Positions 58,325 through 64,000 of a stretch of DNA of 64,000 nucleotides are shown piece by piece (position 1 is the first letter of the stretch; each line of letters starts with the position of its first letter). The notes below the pieces were generated by a model. It worked only from the letters and a program-made list of their open reading frames with translations, made no database searches and was not told where the DNA came from. The stretch lies in assembly GCA_963674745.2 (NCBI GenBank), contig CAXXDV010000001.1:384001-448000 (forward strand). The letters are read 5' to 3'. This DNA comes from Desulfosudaceae bacterium. Lineage in GTDB: Bacteria > Desulfobacterota > Desulfobacteria > Desulfobacterales > Desulfosudaceae. The position numbers and the translations under genes are program-made.

Positions 58325-60127
58325 TTATTCGTTATACAGCGCTTCGAGTTGTTCCAGGTATTTGTCATACACATTGCGGCGCTTGAGCTTCATGGTCTGG
58401 GTCAGCATGCCGTTTTCAAGCGAGAAATCCTCGGGCAGGAATATGAATTTTTTGGGGATCTCATACCCGCCGTAGGTTTTTTTAAGCTGCCGGACAACTT
58501 CGTCTTTAATAAAATCCTGGAGTTTCGCTTCCTTGATCAAATCTTCCGGCCGCTTGCCCCCCAGCCCCATTTCATCAACAACCGATTTTAAGGCTTCAAA
58601 ATCCGGCACAATCATGGACACGTTGTAGGGTTTGCCATCTCCGTAAAGCATGGCGTTAAGCACATAGGGGTTTAATTTAATATCTTCTTCCAGGGACGCG
58701 GGATGGACATACTTGCCGTTTTCCAGTTTATATTCCTCTTTGAACCGGCCGGTAATATGGAGAAAACCGTCCTCATCCAGCCGGCCCCGGTCACCGGTAC
58801 GAAAGCCGGTGCCCAGTTCGGGATCCTGCAACAGGACTTCGGCGGTTTTTTCCGGCTTGTTGTGATAACCCTGCATGACATTGGGGCCGAAGCAAACGAT
58901 CTCGCCGTCTTCACTGTCTTCACCGACATAGGTTTTGTCAATCACCACCGTCACCTTGTCTATGGCCCGGCCCACCGTTCCAAGCCGGTTGGCCGCAGGG
59001 GAATTCATGGTCATGGCCGGCGTGGTTTCGGTCAACCCGTAGCAGTCATAGGTGGGAATGCCGATATCGATAAAAAACTGGGCGATTTCCGGGTTCATGG
59101 CGGCACTGCCGGTAACCGCTTCTTTCAAACGGCCGCCGAACCGCTCCCTGATTTTACCGAACACCAGTTTGTCTAAAACCTTGAATTTCAGCCCGGCTTT
59201 TCCGGTCTTTCGCTTTTCCTCGGCGGCTTTTTTAGCGGCATTAAAGAGTTTTTCAGCCAGCCCGCCTTTTTCCGCCATCATGGTATGAATACCGCTGTAT
59301 ACCTTGTTAAACACCCGGGGGACGGCAATCAGCATGGTCGGCCGGACCTTGCCCATATCATCCACCACCGTTGCCACGGACTCCATAATGCCGGTAGACC
59401 CGCCCACGTAAATGCCCAGGTAAAGCTCGCCGGTCTGGCCGAAACTGTGCGCCCAGGGCAGAATGGACAGGGTCACCACGCTTTCATCAATATGGGGAAA
59501 CATTTTGACGGCGGCCTGGACATTGGTGGTAAAATTGCCGTGGCTGAGCAGCACGCCCTTGGGTTCGCCGGTCGTGCCCGAGGTATAAATCAGGGTCGCA
59601 ATTTCGCTGTAATGGGGTTTTACCGAGGGAACGGGGTTTTGCCGCCCCATTTCTTCCACGGCGGCCATGCTGTTTTCACCACTGCCGTATATAATGAATA
59701 CCTTCTCCAGGGTGTCGATTTCATCCACCCAGCCCTTGACCTGGTCGTATACAGCCTCATTGACCACGAACAGGACCTTGAGTCCGCTGTCTTTAATAAT
59801 ATACCGCCAGGTGTTGACCAGTTCTTTTTCATACATGGGAACCAGTCGGGCGCTTCTTCCATAAGTGGCAAAAGCGATAACGCCCCAGGCTTCGGAATTG
59901 TTGATAATCAATCCGACCCCGTCACCTTTTTCAACGCCCAGCTGCGCCAGCCCGCCCCGGAGGTTGTCCACCCGCTCGGCAACCTGCCCGTAGGTTTTAT
60001 ATTCATATTCACCGGCGGCATTTTTCATGCCTACCAGGGGGCGGTGAGAGAATTTTTTCACGCTGTCTTCGAACATATCCACCAGGTTGGTGGGATACTC
60101 GTACCAGGCATCATTGTTTTTAGTCAT
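58325..60127 (-). CDS. Long-chain fatty-acid--CoA ligase (AMP-dependent synthetase)
   Basis: YTSGTTGEPKG; LPWAH; AVPRVF; YGLTET; FRTGD; LENGKYV; LTQTMKLKR. Confidence 0.9.
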   Translation of the reverse strand: MTKNNDAWYEYPTNLVDMFEDSVKKFSHRPLVGMKNAAGEYEYKTYGQVAERVDNLRGGLAQLGVEKGDGVGLIINNSEAWGVIAFATYGRSARLVPMYEKELVNTWRYIIKDSGLKVLFVVNEAVYDQVKGWVDEIDTLEKVFIIYGSGENSMAAVEEMGRQNPVPSVKPHYSEIATLIYTSGTTGEPKGVLLSHGNFTTNVQAAVKMFPHIDESVVTLSILPWAHSFGQTGELYLGIYVGGSTGIMESVATVVDDMGKVRPTMLIAVPRVFNKVYSGIHTMMAEKGGLAEKLFNAAKKAAEEKRKTGKAGLKFKVLDKLVFGKIRERFGGRLKEAVTGSAAMNPEIAQFFIDIGIPTYDCYGLTETTPAMTMNSPAANRLGTVGRAIDKVTVVIDKTYVGEDSEDGEIVCFGPNVMQGYHNKPEKTAEVLLQDPELGTGFRTGDRGRLDEDGFLHITGRFKEEYKLENGKYVHPASLEEDIKLNPYVLNAMLYGDGKPYNVSMIVPDFEALKSVVDEMGLGGKRPEDLIKEAKLQDFIKDEVVRQLKKTYGGYEIPKKFIFLPEDFSLENGMLTQTMKLKRRNVYDKYLEQLEALYNE

Positions 60128-60328
60128 TTTTAAAACCTCATCCCTTTTTGTCTTTGATAAAAAACCGGTTTGCGACTAATAATCTGTTTTTAATACAGTA
60201 TTACCTTTATATCAAATCTTTTCGAAAATGTCTGCTCCATAACGTTTTGTGGTTTATCATTTTTGTCTTCAAATTTCATGGATTTTCTGAAATTATCAAA
60301 AAAAAAATCAGCATCAGGATGAAAATCA

Positions 60329-61384
60329 ATGAACACTTATCAGAGAAACGTTGAAGCCGCTCCTGAAAAACTGGTCACCAACGGCCGCTTTCGGTTCGGC
60401 ACCTACAACACGCCTTTTAAAATCGTCAACCCGCTTGACGCCACAAAGCCGCTCCCTGTCAGGGTGCCCAAATTCATAAAAAACATGCGGCTCAAGGAGT
60501 GGGAAGCCTTTCAGATCGGTAACCAAAATTTTTTCATTCTGGCGGCCGTTTACAACTCAAAAGGACTGGGGGTTGTTCAGTTTATTGTTATTGACCGGCA
60601 GAAACATAAAAAATACATGTTTCAACGTTTTCTGCCATACTGGGAAACCCGGGTGGCCAACTCCCTGATCAACACGGTCACCTGCAGCCATGGAAAAACT
60701 TTTTCGTTTTACATTCACAACGATCTGAAACATGACCGTATTTTTTTCAATTTCTGGTCTGTCGGCAAAAAAGGAAGCCCGGATATGCACTGCCGGTTTA
60801 AAGCCGACCACAGCCGGAATGTCTGCACGCCGATCGTTATCTGCCAGCCCTTTGATGACAATCGCGCCCTTTATTCCCACAAGGCCCTTATGCCCCTGTC
60901 CGGTCAGTTATCTATCGATGATGCTGTTTATGAATTCAACCGGGACGAAAGCTTTATGATCGTCGACGATCATAAAGGCTACTACCCCTTTGAAATGATA
61001 TATGACTGGGTCACCACAGCCGGTTATGACAACCAGGACCGGCTGATCGGCTTTAATTTAACCGACAACCAGGTCCGGGACCATCACCGATATAATGAAA
61101 ACTGTCTCTGGCTGGATGGTGATATGCAGCCGCTTCCCCCGATCAAAATCGACCGGCCGGAAGGGGTCATGGGCCCGTGGATGATCACCGACACCCATGA
61201 TCGGGTAAACCTGAAGTTCACGCCGGCCTTTGACGGACGGATCGACATCAACCTGATTGTTTTTAAAACAGACTACCGGGCGCCTTACGGGACGTTTACC
61301 GGCCACGTCCTAGATAAGAATAACAACAAGATCATATTTGACGACTTTTTCGGTGTGGGTGAGAAAAAATACATAAAAGCATAG
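60329..61384 (+). CDS. DUF2804 family protein
   Basis: RLKEWE; YSHK; DDHKGYYP; IGFNL; NENCLW; YGTFTG motif pattern recognised from memory. Confidence 0.65.
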   Translation: MNTYQRNVEAAPEKLVTNGRFRFGTYNTPFKIVNPLDATKPLPVRVPKFIKNMRLKEWEAFQIGNQNFFILAAVYNSKGLGVVQFIVIDRQKHKKYMFQRFLPYWETRVANSLINTVTCSHGKTFSFYIHNDLKHDRIFFNFWSVGKKGSPDMHCRFKADHSRNVCTPIVICQPFDDNRALYSHKALMPLSGQLSIDDAVYEFNRDESFMIVDDHKGYYPFEMIYDWVTTAGYDNQDRLIGFNLTDNQVRDHHRYNENCLWLDGDMQPLPPIKIDRPEGVMGPWMITDTHDRVNLKFTPAFDGRIDINLIVFKTDYRAPYGTFTGHVLDKNNNKIIFDDFFGVGEKKYIKA

Positions 61385-61393
61385 GGTAAGACA

Positions 61394-63901
61394 ATGGGCA
61401 CCTGGCATAAAACAGGGTGCGTGCTTTGCGCGCAGAACTGCGGACTTGAAATTCTGGTTGAAGACAACCGCATGATCAAAGTCCGCCCGGACAAGGACAA
61501 CCCCAGAAGCCGCGGATATGCCTGTCGTAAAGGCATGAACGTGGCCCACTACCACCATCATGCCGACCGCCTGACCCACCCCCTGAAGCGGAATGGCGAC
61601 CAATTTGAAAAAATATCCTGGGACCAGGCCATCGGTGAAATTTCCGACAAGCTCAAGGGTATCATCGATCAACACGGCCCCCGTTCCTTTGCCTACATGG
61701 GCGGCGGCGGCCAGGGCTGCCATTTTGACGCCCTGTTCGGCACCCAGTTTTCCCGTTCCCTGGGTTCCAGGTATCATTACAACCCCCTGGCCCAGGAACT
61801 GACCGGGTATTTCTGGGTGAACGGCCGGGTGCTCGGCCGCCAGAACCGGTTTCCCGTTCCCCATGAAGACGATGCGGACATGCTCATCGCCTGGGGCTGG
61901 AACGGCATGCAGAGCCACCAGATGCCCCGGGCGCCGATTGTGTTAAAAGAATTTGCCTCAAACCCGGATAAGCTTCTGATTTGCATTGACCCCAGGCGGT
62001 CCGAAACCGCTCAGGTCGCCGACATGCACATCCCGATCAGGCCGGGCGCCGACGCCCTTCTGCTCCGGGCCATCATTGCCCTCATTCTTGAAAAAGGGTG
62101 GCCGGACAACACTTATATTCAGCAACATGTCACCGGATGGGAAACCATCAAACCCTGGTTCGAAAAATTTGACATCCATAAAGCAATTGATGTCTGCGAA
62201 CTGGAATATGTTCAAGTCGAGAAGCTGTGCCGGCTTCTGGTAACCCAAAAATGGTGCATGCACGCGGACCTGGGGGTGCTGATGAACCGGCACAGCACAC
62301 TCACTTCCTACCTGCAGGCCATACTCCTGGCCGTCTGCGGCAGGTATTGCGTGCCCGGCGGCAATATCATTCCGGGCACCATGATGCCGCTGGGATTTAA
62401 CTCGGACGAACGGGACCCGAAAACCTGGCGCACCCGGGCGACTGATTTTCCGCCCATCACCGGTCTGTACCCGCCCAATGTCCTGCCCGAAGAGATATTG
62501 TCCGACCACCCGGAACGAACCCGGGCCGTGATCACCAGCAGCAGCAACCCCCTGCGCTCCTATGCCGACACAACCGCCTATGAAGCGGCGTTCGCAAAAC
62601 TGGACCTGCTGGTCACCATCGAAATGTCCATGACGGAAACCGCCCGCATGGCCCACTATGTGCTGCCGGCCCGATCTGGCTATGAATCCTACGACGGCAC
62701 ATTTTTCGCCTGGAACTATCCGGAAGTATTTTTCCAGATGCGGCGCCCGGTTGTGGAAACCGAAGGCGAGCGGCTGGAGTGCGGCGAAATATTTACCCGC
62801 CTGGCTGACGGGATGGGGCTGATCCCGCCGATCCCGGATGCGCTTTACGAATCAGCCCAAAAAGGGCCCCTGGCTTTCGGCATGGATGTGGCGGTCTATG
62901 CCCAGAAAAACCCTCTGGCCCTGCGGTGTCTGCCGTTTATCATGGCGAAAACCATGGGTAAACAAACGGGGTCGGCCCATCTGGCCATGCTCCAGGGATT
63001 ACTGCAGCAGGTAATGGTTAACTATAAAAGCCCTCAAGGAAAAATCCTGGAGCCCCTGGACATCTTTGAACGCATCGTTGAAGGAGAAGGGCTTGTTCCC
63101 GAGTCACCCGTAACCTTTACGACCGGAATCGGTAAATCCCTGGCAAAACATTTGATTACCCTTTACGGATTTTCCCGGGTACGTCCGTCAACTTTTCTGT
63201 TTGAAGCAAACCGGCAGGGGTTTACAGTGGCATCGGCAGCGCTAAAAGCGCTTTCACCGGGCAGGCTGGCAACTGTTCTGGCCAACGCCGTAAAAAAGTT
63301 CAGCTACCTGCCTTTTATGCAGATAACGCCCACCGCCACCCTGTCCGAAACACTTTTTGAAGAAATTATGGATCATCCCGAGGGGCTGTGGATCGGAAAA
63401 AGCCATGCCGATAATTTTAGAGAAATAAAGACATCAGACAAAAAGATTCAGGTGTTTATCCCGGAACTGGCGACCTGGATGCAGGACATCACACCCGAGT
63501 CGGAAGAAAAGGCTCTGGCACCCGACCCGCAGTTTCCGCTGTTGCTGATCGCCGGCAGGCACATGAAAACCAACGCCAACACCCTGATGCGAAATCCGGA
63601 ATGGAACAAAAGGTTAAGGGCCTGCACCCTGCTGATGCACCCGGCCGATGCAAAAGGCCTTGGCCTGGAAGACGGGCAGCAGGTCCTGATTACAACTGAA
63701 GCCGGTCAGGAGACCCTGGAACTGGAAGTGTCTAAAACGGCCCGCAAAGGTCAGGTTGTCATGCCCCACGGCTTCGGGTTGGTTTATGACGGCGAAGTAT
63801 TCGGCGCCAATGTCAACCGGCTGACCAAAAACACCCACCGGGACCGACTTGCGGCAACCCCACTGCATCGTTACGTGCCCTGCCGGGTGGAGGCGCTATA
63901 A
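61394..63901 (+). CDS. Molybdopterin-dependent oxidoreductase (DMSO reductase superfamily) with N-terminal 4Fe-4S site
   Basis: CVLCAQNCG..CRKG; RLTHPLKR; ISWDQA; IDPRRSETA; NPLRS; TETA..A.YVLP; MHPADA; PHGFG. Confidence 0.88.
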   Translation: MGTWHKTGCVLCAQNCGLEILVEDNRMIKVRPDKDNPRSRGYACRKGMNVAHYHHHADRLTHPLKRNGDQFEKISWDQAIGEISDKLKGIIDQHGPRSFAYMGGGGQGCHFDALFGTQFSRSLGSRYHYNPLAQELTGYFWVNGRVLGRQNRFPVPHEDDADMLIAWGWNGMQSHQMPRAPIVLKEFASNPDKLLICIDPRRSETAQVADMHIPIRPGADALLLRAIIALILEKGWPDNTYIQQHVTGWETIKPWFEKFDIHKAIDVCELEYVQVEKLCRLLVTQKWCMHADLGVLMNRHSTLTSYLQAILLAVCGRYCVPGGNIIPGTMMPLGFNSDERDPKTWRTRATDFPPITGLYPPNVLPEEILSDHPERTRAVITSSSNPLRSYADTTAYEAAFAKLDLLVTIEMSMTETARMAHYVLPARSGYESYDGTFFAWNYPEVFFQMRRPVVETEGERLECGEIFTRLADGMGLIPPIPDALYESAQKGPLAFGMDVAVYAQKNPLALRCLPFIMAKTMGKQTGSAHLAMLQGLLQQVMVNYKSPQGKILEPLDIFERIVEGEGLVPESPVTFTTGIGKSLAKHLITLYGFSRVRPSTFLFEANRQGFTVASAALKALSPGRLATVLANAVKKFSYLPFMQITPTATLSETLFEEIMDHPEGLWIGKSHADNFREIKTSDKKIQVFIPELATWMQDITPESEEKALAPDPQFPLLLIAGRHMKTNANTLMRNPEWNKRLRACTLLMHPADAKGLGLEDGQQVLITTEAGQETLELEVSKTARKGQVVMPHGFGLVYDGEVFGANVNRLTKNTHRDRLAATPLHRYVPCRVEAL

Positions 63902-63942
63902 TGATTGGCAACAGCCGATCCGGATAAGAGAGAGGATAAACA

Positions 63943-64000
63943 ATGCAATCAACCGACACACCCACCAACCTGGTGGAACTGTTTGAAAGTGCCGTCAAAC
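63943..64000 (+). CDS. Long-chain fatty-acid--CoA ligase paralog, 5' end only
   Basis: MQSTDTPTNLVELFESAVK resembles YPTNLVDMFEDSVKK of the 58325-60127 protein; GAGGA RBS upstream. Confidence 0.6.
   Translation, partial: MQSTDTPTNLVELFESAVK

Overview
Chromosomal window from a GC-rich anaerobic bacterium; gene content and repeat style suggest a sulfate-reducing Desulfobacterales-type deltaproteobacterium (inference). From left to right: (i) housekeeping genes (partial CoA-disulfide-reductase-like gene, RNase II/R family, PurH-like); (ii) an envelope-modification locus at about 2.5-21.7 kb with five B12-binding radical SAM genes plus one decayed copy, a sugar C-methyltransferase, a polyprenol-phosphate GT2 and three GT-C-type membrane proteins, where one radical SAM gene is out of frame at a C11 tract; (iii) IscU/NifU plus an IscS-like protein that lacks the PLP-binding lysine; (iv) a TPR/beta-barrel, FecR and large secreted beta-helix protein operon; (v) a TetR-associated LuxE/LuxC-like fatty-acid reductase pair without luciferase, among lipid genes; (vi) a defence island at about 39-52 kb: an ATP-dependent restriction-modification-like module followed by an integrase-less integron-like array (attI-like site, two good attC sites, one degenerate) carrying a PD-(D/E)XK nuclease, a helicase-nuclease and an AIPR gene, then a frameshifted mrr and a rhuM-family gene; (vii) CbbQ/NorQ plus VWA partner, rsgA, a DEDDh exonuclease, acyl-CoA ligases, DUF2804 and a molybdopterin oxidoreductase. 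Several 120-150 bp inverted-repeat elements lie between genes. No rRNA, tRNA or CRISPR array was seen. All family calls come from motif recognition by eye; no database searches were run.
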